Shown here: in pieces, positions 34,584 through 47,342 of the stretch
Position numbering within the stretch: the first letter of the stretch is position 1
How the letters are laid out: each line of letters opens with the position of its first letter
DNA from: Hydrolagus colliei
Taxonomy: Eukaryota
Reading direction: 5' to 3'
Length of the DNA stretch: 64,000 nt
Assembly: GCA_035084275.1 (NCBI GenBank)
Contig: CM068742.1
Span: 35,650,001-35,714,000 of the forward strand
The notes under the pieces: generated by a model
The model's database searches: none
Told to the model about the DNA's origin: nothing
Seen by the model: only the letters and a program-made list of their open reading frames with translations
Position numbers and translations under genes: made by a program

Positions 34584-36805
34584 TAAAAGTCTATTTATCC
34601 GGCACCCGATCAACCATAACTTCCGTATAACCGGCATTGCATAACTGGCATTGCATTCAATTAACCGGAATTTATCCGGAAAAATGCATAATTTTGGGAG
34701 GTTTGTTTTCGACCGAATATCCAGCACACGCTTTAACAGGCATTGGCCAGGTCCCGAGGGTGCCGGATAAACGGGCTTTTACTGTGTAGGCAAGTTGTTG
34801 TTATGGTAGGATTAAATATTGTAACCATGTTGAAGTGAGAACTGCTGTCACTTACATCCATCTCAGAAAGCATTGACTGAGGGAAGAATTTTCTGTAGAT
34901 AATCTTCAGTCACTTTACTGTGCCTTGGCACAATGGTTCTAAAATCATGTTTGTGGGGAGGAATGAGTCTGTGATGTTCTGACATTCGATTGCTTTTGTG
35001 AGAATCCGGTAACCAGCAATGCATTGAATGGAGAATTTATGTTTATGTTTAATCATTTTTCAATTGAACCCGTTGAACCATTCCGTATTGATTTCTCCAG
35101 TCAGCCATGTGTTTTGTTTTCAAAGTAGGTCACCAGAAGTTTTGTTGGATCCAAATGTTTTAAGCAGTGCGGCGGTTTGTGTTTATGATGATGACAGGTC
35201 TCTTATTCTCTCCTGTACGGTTACACAAAAATGCAACCGATGAGTATTCCTTTTCTATTTTCCTATCTTTCTAATGTTTCAAAGCTAAGTTTTTACCTGG
35301 GTATAAGCAATAGATAATGTTGGCTTAATCTATGTTAAAGCTATTATCTGTATGATAATCACTGACATTCTCTCACAGCATCTACACTCTTACCATTCAC
35401 AGCAAAAGCTGCAATATTATACAATGTAATGATATTTTTGAAGGCTTTAAACATGGTGTTTCATACCTGCTGAACGAATGCCAACACCTTTTACTGCACC
35501 AGTGGCCCCAATAATGGCATATTCTTGTACTTAATGATCTGAAACCACTTCTACATCAATTCATTAACATCCTCATTGACTACTTTTCAGAGCCTTTATC
35601 ATAAGACTATTTTCCAGGTTTTCCTCAAATACTGCACAAAGCTTATCTTGCTTCATGAGCAGCTTGTGGATTTGTGGTTTGGCCACAATTGAAATGCCCT
35701 ACGTTTCTTCTGCTGCTCATTCCTCTGCAGCAAAGCTCAATGCTACAAATTTGTCTGTGATAGCATTTGAAAGGCAAACGGATAAACATTTGGAAAAAAT
35801 ATTAAAGTGCATGGGGAAAAAAGCAGAGTTAGAGCAGATAGCTCTAGTGGAACAAAGTTTAAATGCAATGGCCAAACTCTGTGCTTCTAAAGCAATGGCT
35901 AATTTGTTTGTCTATCGGGGTTACACATACTGTGAAACTGTGGGTAAACCGAATACTCCCACCTGCCTGTTCAGATGCACGTTAAAATTCTCATGGTATT
36001 ATTTGAAAGAAGAAGGGAGTCTCTCCTGGTTCACAGCCAACATTCCCTCCGGTGTTTGTGCTACATTTCTGATAGCAAATTGATTGCCACATTTCCCTAC
36101 AAATACACAGTCGCCACACTTTACAGTAAATCCGATGAAGTACTTCGAGACTTTGGACCAGCAACATGTTGGGTCAACTGGGAGCAGCACAACATTTTCT
36201 AAAATGGGATTCAAAATGCAGTGTTTGCAATGCTAATATATTGTGATATTTGCTATCAGTTTCTCTGAATAAAGTTATGATTACAAAGACTGGCAACGCT
36301 ATTTTTTCCTGGGTCTTTATAGTTTCCACCTTCTGTTGGACTTTTCAGCCAAAAAAGCCTGGAAAGCAAAACAACCATGATTGTAATGGGATTAGAACAA
36401 ATTGGTGTAGTGGGGGAGCCAACACCAGCACAGATACAATAGCCTGAATGACTTCCTACTGTTGCTGAAGACTTTGTATGATTCAAAACCAGTTAATCAA
36501 GTTCACAAAAGTAAGAATACGAGTCTTACTGCGAGAGTGAACATTTATACTCATCAGTTTGGTCTTTGAAAGGTAATTTTCTGTATGTGGCTAAAATTTA
36601 CACAAGAAATTATAGCTGTTGTGGTGCTTGAGATCGCTAAGAGCCCAATGTGCTGCAATGACACTCAGGAGAATTAACTGAAAAGTCTTAGCAGAGAGTT
36701 TGCACTGAATGCCACCTTCAGCTTGATTTATATTTGATTCACTTGGGCAATCTGTGGCTGGAAGTTACTAACTGTATTTGAGTACAAACACGGCATTATT
36801 AAGAA

Positions 36806-37384
36806 TCTATATATATAAAAGCCTTAGGTATGTTTCCGCAATTCCGCAATTGTGTCTATATACAGTAAAGCCCGTTTATCCGGCACGCTGGTGGGGAGTG
36901 GGGGGGGGGGGGGGGGAGGGGGAGGTGGGGGGGGGGTCGACTAAATGACTGTGCCAGATAATCGGGCGGCAAGTTGCCAAAAACCCAACACAAAAAATTT
37001 ACTTATTTTAAAACATACTATATTAATAATATACTAAATAGTAACAGAATATTGTATGACTGCTTACCAATAAAGATTTCAGCACACTTGGTAAAAAGAT
37101 CGGTAAAAAAGCAATCCGGTTGATCGGATCACGGATAAACGGGGTTTTACTGTATATAAGAGGTATGTTTCCGCAATTGTAACAATGAACTTCTAGAAGG
37201 AAAACAAAACCCAGTACATCTTAAAAACAAACAAAAAACAACAACAAAGAATAAATAATCCAGTGATTAAAACTCACCTTTTTTTTGTAAACAACAAATA
37301 CATTATTTTTTAAAAGTTTCAAAATATATGAATAAATGTGTTCAAAGACATTAGGCCGCATATGTTATGCGGGGGTATAGCTAG
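36806..37384 (+). mobile_element. Non-autonomous Helitron
   Basis: A|TCTATATATATAAA start. 3' hairpin ccgcata-tgt-tatgcgg (37356-37372) lies 8 nt before CTAG|T. No TSD. Confidence 0.75.
36863..37152. mobile_element. Tigger/pogo-like MITE, 290 bp, nested in the Helitron
   Basis: TA|cagtaaagcccgtttatccg ... cggataaacggggttttactg|TA. Confidence 0.9.
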
Positions 37385-37714
37385 TTATTATTATTATCAT
37401 AACTGTTACATTTTTTGTAGTTTAAGGAACTTTCACCGTATATATTTGATTTCATCTGGAAATAATTATTGCTTTGTTTTTCCATGATAGACTATGGCTG
37501 TGTTGTTTCATCAGAGCTTTTGGTTTGTAAAGAGGGAGCTTCATGTAAGATGGAGAATGATTTTATACAATCCCAGATTGCTACTAACTTGTTCAACATG
37601 CAGGAATTAAAAGGTCTGTTCCTACTTTGTTACTAAAACAGTGCATTGTTGTGAATGGCTTACACTGTTCACATTGTAGTGTGTAGCTGTAATTCTCTTT
37701 GTAGCCTCCAAGTA

Positions 37715-38119
37715 CAGTAAAAGCTTTGTTATCCGGTACCATAGGGACCTGACCGGTGCCGGTTAATCAAATATGCCGTATATTCGAGCGGCAAGTTGCC
37801 GAAAATCCTACACAAAAAATTAACTTACTTTAAACTATACCATATAAAAAAAGACTAAATAATAACAGAATATTGTATGGAGACTTACCAATAAAGCATA
37901 TATAACTAGTACAGTCAACCTTCGCTGAACGCGGGGTTTATGTTCATGGAAAACAGCGCACTTGGTAAAATTATGTTCGGTAAGTTTAATAAGTGGGCAT
38001 GCACACCCATGTGCAAAGTGAGCATACACGCGAGGAAAATCGCGTATACTCAAATTTGATTTGTATTGTGAGAGCGTGCCAGTTGGTTGGTTGGTTGCCA
38101 GATAACCAAGCTTTTGCTG
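37715..38119. mobile_element. Tigger/pogo-like MITE, 405 bp, containing a second Tigger-like end at 37912
   Basis: TA|cagtaaaagctttgttatccgg ... ccagataaccaagcttttgctg|TA. Internal TA|cagtcaaccttcgctgaacgcgggg. Confidence 0.88.
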
Positions 38120-38828
38120 TACTATGCGATTGACAAAACAAAAATTAATTTGGGTTACAAGTCTTTGTTTTTCACTTGATTTTCAGTTTGAATTTTCTTC
38201 ATGTTTATTTCATGTGTAAACTATTTTATCCCAGAGTAGCAAAACCAACAAATGCTGGAATATACAGTATGCTTTTACAGTAACTCCTGTGCAGCTCTTT
38301 GAAACATTTCAATAATGTGATAAAATGCTATATCAATACAATTATTATTTTTAATTTAACTCTTTAAAATTTCCCCATCGTTGCTAACTGATGCTTCTGG
38401 ATTCTGAATTTATAAGAATGCCACATATGACAGAACTTCCCTCAAGTCATATGAGTTGTGGATTTTGTTGATTTAGAAGTGCTAATGCCAGGCTATGTTT
38501 GATGTCTAGTCTGTTGCATGCAACATAAGAGTGTGCTGAAGAAAATAAAGAACTAAGGCCCGGGATGACATGTGAAACACAAAACTCATTTACTCTGAAC
38601 ACTGTAGGAAAAGGTGATGTTTTGAAAAGAATAATTGCATTGTAAATTAATATTAAGAGTCTTGCTTGCAAAAATAAATCAAAATACATGAACTTTCAGA
38701 TGTAAACAATATTTTTATAGCATTACAATGTATTGCAAGAACAATATTGGATATATTTAACTGTAGAATCAACAGTAAATCAGAATTGATGATGAAACAA
38801 CAAACAGTAATAGCAACATGGGATCAAA

Positions 38829-39365
38829 GCAACAGGAGTAGGCCAATCAGTACCTCAAATCTATTCCATAATTCTATAAGATCATGGCTGATCTGTACCT
38901 CAACTCCAATTGCCTGCCTTTGTCCCATATCCCTTGATATCCTGTCGTAACAGAAATCTCTCCTCCTCAGTTTTGAAAATTTGAATAGTTCCAGCATCCA
39001 TAGCCTTTTGAGGGAGAGAGTTCCAGTTTTCCACAACCCGTTGTGTGGAAAAACTGCCTCCTGATTTCACTCAAAAATGGCCCAGCTCTTCGTTTAAAAC
39101 TATGCTCCATTTTTCTGGATTCTTCCTCCAAAGGAAATAGTTTCTCGGTAGCTACTCTGTCAAATCCCTTCATTACTATAAAAAAAACTCAATTAGATCA
39201 CCCCTCAACTTTCTAAACTCAAGGGAATAGAGACCATGATTATGCAACCTGTCCTCATCATTTAACCCTTGAAGGCCTGGTATCATTCTGGTGAATCTGC
39301 TCATATATATCTTTCTTGAAGTGTGGTGGCCCAAACTGAATGATGTGCAGATGAAATCTGACCAA
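38829..39365 (-). mobile_element. 5'-truncated CR1 LINE
   Basis: MKGFDRVATEKLFPL...EIRRQFF, and the UTR caggagtaggcca...agatcatggctgatct. Confidence 0.9.
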
Positions 39366-40142
39366 GTCGTTCAAACAATTTACAGTATTTTCCATAGTTC
39401 AAAATGTCTATCTTTCTGGCCCAGTCGGTTTGATCAATTTTCAACAGTGACTTATGATATCCTTACAGAAATAGAAGAACTCAATTACCAGAAACTATAT
39501 TCTACATATTTATTTTGAATGTTAATCTATTAATATATAATGATAATAATGTATTTCATCAATTGTATTTCTGATATTAACATTATCATATATATTAATA
39601 TATTAAAAATTTAAAAATAAAAACAATATTAAAAACTACTGTTTTTGTCCCTTTTTTCTCCCTTTTCTTTTTGTATTAATTCTACTCTTTATTTTAACTT
39701 TCAAATAATTCTATATTTGCATATTCCTGGCTAAGTGAATTGTGATGAATTCGTTGTCCATTTTTCGGCTTTAAGCACACTGCTGCCTTTAATTTTGTCA
39801 GCCTCAGCTGTTTAAGTTGCATTGAACTATTACTGGGTCATGCCACATTTGTTGTCAGTTTATAACACGATTACTGAATATCTATCTCATACAAGTGTGT
39901 GACATTTGATAGTAATTTCTGTGGATGAACCAGAAAATAATGTGACAACCATGTGACAAAGAAATCAACACCTGACAGCAATGGCAGAAATTTCCATTAT
40001 GTTACAAGGATATTTCATAGCTATTCTGGCGACTTTAATTCTGAAAGAAATTGAAGAGTAAGGGCGTAAATGGTAAAATCTTTAATTTTGAGTGTGTACA
40101 TGGTCTAGTTTGTGAGATTTCTTATATCAGTTATAACGAAAC

Positions 40143-40555
40143 TGTGGCTCAGTAGTAGCACTTTTACCTCAGAGTTAGAAGTTATGGGATCACATCCCAG
40201 ATCAGGACTATGAACTCACAGTCTAGGCTAATACCCCAATACCATGTTGGGGGAACACTGCTTTGCTGAAAATGCTGTCCTTCAGTTGAAATGTCACACT
40301 AAGATCCCGTCTGCCTGTTTCGGTGGATATTAATGATCCTTATTCAAAGAGAGAAATGTGTTTCTCCCAGGATCAATGCCAAGAATCCTTCAAATAAAAT
40401 TGGACATTTATTTCATGGTTATCGGTGGGACATTACTGGAAATAAATTGACGTGGCATTCACTTACCAAAATACACTCACTGCACTTTACAGTGAATCCC
40501 GTGAAACACTCTGAGACGTCCTTCTGACATGAAAAATGCAAGGATTATTATTAAT
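40143..40555 (+). mobile_element. Full-length old SacSINE1/DeuSINE-like SINE, about 410 bp
   Basis: tgtggctcagtagtagcac A box, gtctaggctaatacc, tgctgtccttcagttgaaatgt...cccgtctgcctgtt core, and L2 tail aaatgcaaggattattatt. Confidence 0.75.
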
Positions 40556-41289
40556 AAGCAAAAGAAATGTGTCATTTATAGAATGTCACATATAAAATGT
40601 CTAATTGTATTTGATCATTTAGAAATTCTATAATTTCATGTGCTACATTAGGAAATCTGTTAATGTTCTGAATTGGACCCCACTGATTTCATTTTTTTCA
40701 ATGTATAATTGCAAAATTAATGTAGAATGGACCATTGTAACTACAGGGCAGAGAGACTGAATACACAACATGGTACTCAAATTTCAGTCCAGGCAGTCGA
40801 GTGGAAGTTATTGAGAAATTATTCTACAGTATTTTGTAAAACATGCATGAAACTTTATGAAAGGACTAAAACAATGAAACTGTTGTATTTGATTTGGGTT
40901 CTCGGAAGAAAGAGGAGGCGATGCAAAAGTGGTAGCTATTAATGCTTTTTTCTGTGAAAGAATTTTAATCATTGTTGATTGCCTCACCCTCTAGTAATGA
41001 AAATGTCATTACCAGCCCTAGCTGACAAATTATAAATGACGCTTTAATTCCAATGCTCTACTTCCCGGCAGCAAATATGTGGGAAAAGTGCTCCAGATTG
41101 GCATTATGTGTCTTAAATATTTCTAATCTTTTCTCATCCATTTGTTTTAATTGCCTGCTAAACAAACAAGAATATCATTCCATTCAGAAGCTTGGGACGA
41201 TCATGATGGAATGGTTAAAAACTGGTACCATTGCAGTATGGACTGTGTAATGCTTTGTTCAGAATGAGTAAAGCTTATATGACTAAATA

Positions 41290-41590
41290 TAATAATAAAA
41301 TAATAATAATCCTTGCATATTTCATGTCTTCTAGACTCTCAAAGCCCTTCACAGAATATACTGTAAAGTGAATTGACTATATATCTGTGAGTGAAAAAGT
41401 GGCAGCCAATGCACACAGCAGTGTCCCACAAACAGTCATGGATTGAAGTGACCAATTTTTTTTTTCTTGGGGTATTATTATCAGGCGAATGGAGTAAGGA
41501 AACTTGCCCATGGTTTTGGCCTGCTGGGAATCAAACCTGAGTCACTTGTTTGTGAGGCGACTGCTCTAACCACTAAGCTACAGGACTCCG
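41290..41590 (-). mobile_element. Near full-length tRNA-derived SINE
   Basis: Collinear from tail to head (ctctaaccactaagctacaggactcc). Confidence 0.85.
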
Positions 41591-41734
41591 TGATGGTTGC
41601 TGTCAGGAATCATCAAACAGTTCACAGCCTTTCTCTCTGGAGAAGAGATGGTTGTAAGAGCAGCCGATAGATTTGTTTAACATTAAGAAATTTCAAGGGC
41701 ATAAATACAAGGTAGCCAGTAGCAATTCTAAAAA

Positions 41735-42187
41735 CTTGCCATAGCCTTGCTCCCTCCTACCTCTGTGACTTCCTCACCCCCTACCAATTTGCCTGTTCCT
41801 TCTGCTCACCGGGCTCTTCATGTTCCCTACCTCGCCCACCCCATGATTAGCGGGCAGGCCTTCAGCCATTCTACCCCCGCCCTCTGGAACTCCATCCCAC
41901 AGTCCCTCCACCTCACCCCATCCCTTGCCTCCTTCAAGACCCACCTCAATGTCCTCCTCTTTGACCCTGCTTTTGATCAAGCTCTTTCCCCCGCCCTCCA
42001 TCCTCCCAATTCCTACCCTCAGCTCAGGTCTGGAACAATGTCTGTCCAGCACCTCTGAATGTCCTCCTGATGTGAAAGGTTGCTGGACAAATGTAATTTT
42101 GTTATCATTTTGCATTCTGTGAAACACTTTGAGACATCTAGAAGACATGAAAAGTGCTATATCAAAAGCAAGGATTATTATTATTAT
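41735..42187 (+). mobile_element. L2 3' end followed by a SINE-type tail
   Basis: GQAFSHSTPALWNSIPQSL...SFKTHL. Tail at about 42050-42105. Second (ATT)n tail at 42113-42187. Confidence 0.85.
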
Positions 42188-44463
42188 AAATGCAACTTCT
42201 AGTTTTTGTTGATAATTCTGATGTGATAAAACACAATGACATTTTTCATCCCACCGTTCTGTACAAACAAAATTGATGTTTTAAGAATCAGGGATTGTGC
42301 AGTGCAATCAGTAAGAATCTTAGCATTTCATTTCTGGGAGTTGGAATCAAGAATCACCTTTCGCTGTCATTGAAAAAGGATCTGAATCTCATACCTGGCA
42401 GTTTAGTGGGGAAGCACTTATCACTCAGTCTCTAACCTTACTCCTATATACCTGGCCATCCAAGTGGCAGAGGTATTCATTTCAAGCCAACAACAACAAA
42501 ATTATGTTTGTATAGCCAAGTTCCTAAATATATTTGGATTACATATACATCTCTAGCACTTTTACGATTGTCTGTATCCAATTCATGATAATTTAATGGG
42601 AGAGCATAATTGGATTGATACCTAGCAATCCAATAGTTAGTATTGCCCAATGCCTTTAGTAGTCTAGAAGTTGGTATAACATAGAGCATCTTGCAGTTCA
42701 GTTGTGATGATATATGGTTACCGCCAGGATACTCTGACCACAGTGATGGTAGCAATTGTGGCATTTACTTTAATCTGCGATAGTCTTGTTCCAGACAGGA
42801 TCCAAGTTAGTGACAGTCCAGCATGCATCTGAGCCCTTCAGAGGCTGATTCTGGCATGCAGCCAAGTGCTGACAGCAATGATTGGACTGTAAATGTGGTG
42901 TGTCTCGTGGCAGTATCCTTGAGTGAAAGTGAAAGCATTGTCAGGAGGCAATCAAAACACGGGACTGTCTCAATTATTCGATTGTCTATAATACAATAAT
43001 GCAATTACAAATCATTTTATGCCACTAAGTAAATTATGAAACATCCATGTTTGATTATGTTTTCACCTTTCCTTCAATAACACTGTCCCATTAAAAACAT
43101 TAAATTAAATTTGGAGTTTTAGCTTTGGCTTGTCCTGATTTAGAATTTGCTGAAATTATAACTTATTATTAATACTTTCACTTAAATTATTAGCGAACTG
43201 TTCACTAAGTTTGAAGCAAACATCATATACACAAGTAATGATAAGTAAATATCAAGAATGCTTGACAAAATATTTGCTATTGTGCGTGAGAGAAATAAAG
43301 AACAGACACTACGGAGTGTAGTGAATCCTTTAAAGCCTATCTGAAGAACCTGTCTAATGTGACTCGGTCACTTGTTGCCATCCCAGCAGCAGCTGGTGGT
43401 GATGCAGAGTCAAATCTCCCAAATTTGCTTGAAGGTTATATTGAGACGTACTCCCACCAATGACTAGCTCAGTTGCCAGTGCTTCACTTAGTTGTTGTGG
43501 AGTTTCTTCACTGGACCTTGCAATGCGACTTGGCAGCAGCATTTCATGCAAAGGAGCTTGAATGTGACAAAACATATAGTACTGTCCCCAATCACAGTTA
43601 GATTGTTACAGTATAGACAGTAGACTATGTAAAGATAATATAACGTTATTATGTGAGGAAACTGAGGAAATTAGACGTAGCATCAAATCAAAAATATGGT
43701 GTGAGTTATTCCTGTACATGAATGTAGACATCACTGTGAAAGATGCTCAAAATGTCCTTGATTCATTTCCACTTTCTCACACCCTCATATTTAAACTTAA
43801 ATTACCACTCATTGGCAGACATAAAAAATCTCAAGGGGCTATAATAATCCATACCATAACCCCTATAATTTTGCTCTTTTCCAAATCACAACTCAACTCA
43901 ATTATTATATCTCCCTGACATTTCTATAGCCACATTAGTTTCAGGCGATGTCAATACCAGTATTTTCTTGCAATCATATGTTAAGGAAAGATTTGTCCAG
44001 TAACTGGGAGATTGATTCCTTTGGATTCCAACCGATCAGGAAACCTTTAAATGCTCCACCATGTCAAGCGATCTGGGACACTTCCCTGCGTGAGGGGTGG
44101 GGGGCTATATATATGCAAGTTCTTGTTGTTATGGTAAGGACAGTTTCTAGTTAATGAAGTGCTCTCTGATTATCTTGCATTAGGAATATCTCAAATTTGA
44201 TCCCACATTTATTAACAAAATTGTTCACCCTGTGTTTTATATTCTATACAATCCTAATGTTGTTTTCTATTTCAACTCACGCTGTGTTGTTCTTTGATGC
44301 TTTCACAAAGTTTGTCATAACAACAAGCATAAATTTAATAATTCACACCCCTGCTGACAATGATTAAGAACAGTGAACAGTTTTCTAGTGCTATCTTAAT
44401 CTAGCAATAACGTTTCTCTTCCCATTCTTCCCTTCCTCTCCCGAAGGTGCTGACAATTCATTG

Positions 44464-44774
44464 ATAATAATTATAATAATCCTTGCATTTGATGTAGCAC
44501 CTTGTCACATTTTCAAGACGTCCCAAAGTGCTTCACAGAATATACTGTAAAATGAATTGACTGTATATTTGTGGGTGAAATAAGCCAGCCAGTTGCACAT
44601 AGCAGTATCACACAAACAGTCATGGATTGAGTGACACTGCTGTGCACAATTGGCTGGCATCTTTCACCACAAATGCACAGTCAATTTACTTTACAGTGTA
44701 TTCTGTGAAGCGCTTTGAGATGTCTAGAAGATGTGAAAAGCGCTATATCAAATGCAAGGATTATTATTATTATT
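44464..44774. repeat. Head-to-head inverted pair of SINE 3' halves
   Basis: Arms 44464-44611 (-) and 44631-44774 (+) with a 19-nt spacer. A further tail follows at about 44776-44870. Confidence 0.88.
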
Positions 44775-45403
44775 AAATACACAGTCATTCCACTTTACAG
44801 TATATCTTATAAAATGCTTTGGGATGTCCTGCTGATATGAAAGAGGCCATAACAAATGCAAGGGTTATTATCTCCTGTGCAGTGTTACAAGACTTAGGCT
44901 CTGATGAAATACCAAGTTTGTGTTGAGGTCCTGAGAGTCTGTGATGTTCAAGGAATTTTTAGGAGGAAACACTGTTTACATTGGTGGTGCTATATCTGGG
45001 GACCAGTTATGCCATTGAAGAATCACTAAGCCATTGGAGAAGTGGGATCACTTTATTAAGTATCATGCTTGCCCTTCGCTTATAACTGTCACTTGTGTTG
45101 TGAGATCTCATATCTTTCTACGTCAGGGTGAGAATGTTTTTCTTAGACTTGTTTCCCCAGTGCTACAGTCTGCTACCCACCTGTTTTTTTCTAATCTGAT
45201 TATCTCACAGCTGCTGTGCAAACTGCCACATGCTGCAATCCAAAAATAATGCACAATTCCTCTTTGCCTCTTTGGTGTTGTATTTTGAACTTTACAAAAC
45301 ATGTGGATTCCATCCAAGTGTCATCTATTAAACAGTTGTCCAACAGACCAAACTGGTTTTTTTACAAGCTTTTTTTACATGCAAACTTTTTAAAATATTC
45401 TTT

Positions 45404-46400
45404 GAATCATAGAATCTTATGGCACAAAGAAGGCCATTCGGCCCATCGAGTCTGTGCCGGCTCTTTAAAAAGATCAATTTAATCAATTTAATCCCACTCC
45501 CCAGCTCTCTCCCCATAACCGCGCAAACCCGTCCTCCCCAAATAAATGTCTACTTCTCTTTTAAAAGTTGTTATCGAATCGGCCTCCACAACCTTTTTAG
45601 GCAATGCATTCCAGATTCGAACAATTCGCTGAGTGAAACAATTTCTCCTCACCTCCCCTCTGCTTCTTTTTGAAACTATTTTAAATCTGTGACCATGAGT
45701 CACCAATACACCCACCAGTGGAAACAGTTTTTCCTTGTTTACACTGTCAAATCCCCTCATGATCTTAAAAACCTCTATAAGGTCTCCTTGTAACCTTCTC
45801 TGTTCCAATGAAAATAAACCTTGCCTCTCTAGACTTCATTCATAGCTGAAGTCCCTTATTCCTAGTACCGTCTTGGTGAATCTCCTCTGCACCCTTTCCA
45901 ATGCCATAATATCCTTCCTAAAGTATGGTGACCAGAATTGAACACAGCATTCCAGCTGAGACCTAAACAAAGTTTTACATAGTCAGGACTTCCTGACTTT
46001 TGTACTCCATGCCCTTATTTATAAAGCCTAGTATCCCGTATGCTAGTAGCCCTATCCACCTGTCCTGCCACCTTCAAAGAATGACCTAAACAAATCCTCA
46101 TGTCTCTCTGTTCTTCACACTCCTTAAAATTGTACTATCTAGCCTATATTGCCTTCCCTCATTTCTTCTCCCAAAATGCATCACCTCACATTTCTCTGCA
46201 TTAAATTTCATCTGCCATGTGTCTGCCATTTTACCATTCTGTCTATAGTAGATAGTAGATGGCTGCTATCTTCCTCATTATTTATTATTTTCCTAACTTT
46301 GTGTCATCTGCAAACTTCAAAATGGTACTCCCAAGTCCAGATCATTAATATAAATTAAAAAGAGCAGTGGTCACAATATTGATCCCTGGGGGACTTCCCT
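45404..46400 (-). mobile_element. Older 5'-truncated CR1 LINE
   Basis: QRRLQGDLIEVFKIMRGFD...FTQRIVRIWNALP. The upstream end reaches the GSPPGI/FADD region (tcatctgcaaac at about 46305). Confidence 0.92.
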
Positions 46401-47077
46401 CTCGTCAGAAAAACCTGTAGCATTGTGCCTGTAGGATTGTTATTTACTGAACACCAAACTGGACACATACAACTTGCAAATAGGAAAGAAAAACAAATAG
46501 ATGGGCATGGGAGTGGATATGGAGAAGGGAATAGAATTGGTGGATGTTCACCTGGGGTACAGCGCTCTGAGACGCCGTCCGCTATATAAATCAAAGTTGT
46601 TGTTGTTATTGTATAAACATTACCACAGACTAGTTGGACAGAATGACCTGTTACAATGCTGTAGATTCAAGCTAACTTCTGTAAATAATTTTGCTTCATA
46701 TTGATTTTCTGGATACTCAAACATCTTTGTGAATAGAGATCATTGGTGAATGACTAATTTTATTTGTTCTCTTTTTGAATAATGCCATGGGATCTGTAAT
46801 GTATAACTGAACAGGTAGATAGTACCTCAATTTAACTGATTATCAGAAAGATAACATAGTGCGCCCCAGCTGAAGGTGGTCCACATGGCTGCCAATAAAG
46901 ATTGGCCACCACCTGTCTAGTCTTTACAGGTCCACCTGGTGTAATTTTGGTGTTGTTGTTTCAGGTCCCAACATGAGGCTTGAATCTTGTACCTTCTGAC
47001 TCAATGCTATTCAGCAACAGTGCTACCAACTATGTCTGACATACCAGAAAGTCATGTCTGACATGACTATACAGGTA

Positions 47078-47300
47078 TGACTGTATATTTGTGGGCAAAA
47101 TGAGGCAGCCAATTGCACACAGCAGTGTCCCACAAACAGTCATGGATTGAAATTACCAATTTATTATTGTAGTGTGTTGGTGAGGGATTACTATCAGGCG
47201 TGTGGAGTAAGGAAACTTGTCCAAGGTTTCATCATGCTGGAAATCAAACTCAGGTCTCTTACTTGACAGGCAATTCCTCTAACTACTGAGCTACGAGATT
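47078..47300 (-). mobile_element. SINE head plus body, no tail, adjacent to an older Deu-type SINE remnant (about 46760-47040)
   Basis: gactgtatatttgtggg...ggcgtgtggagtaaggaaacttg...ctctaactactgagctac. Confidence 0.8.
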
Positions 47301-47342
47301 TCTCAGATTCCCTCAAACCTTCATTCAATTCCATTTCAAATA

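Larger units (their letters stand above)
33767..34784. mobile_element. Tigger/pogo-like MITE complex: left arm 33767-33870, near-complete copy 34582-34784, other repeats between
   Basis: Ends (t)agtaaaagcttgtttattcagcac and gtgccggataaacgggcttttactg. A second left arm starts agtaaaagtctatttatccggcac at 34582. Confidence 0.75.

Noticed and set aside
43290-43575. Higher-GC segment with open frames on both strands
   Set aside because: No convincing splice pair and no recognisable domain. It may be old TE debris.
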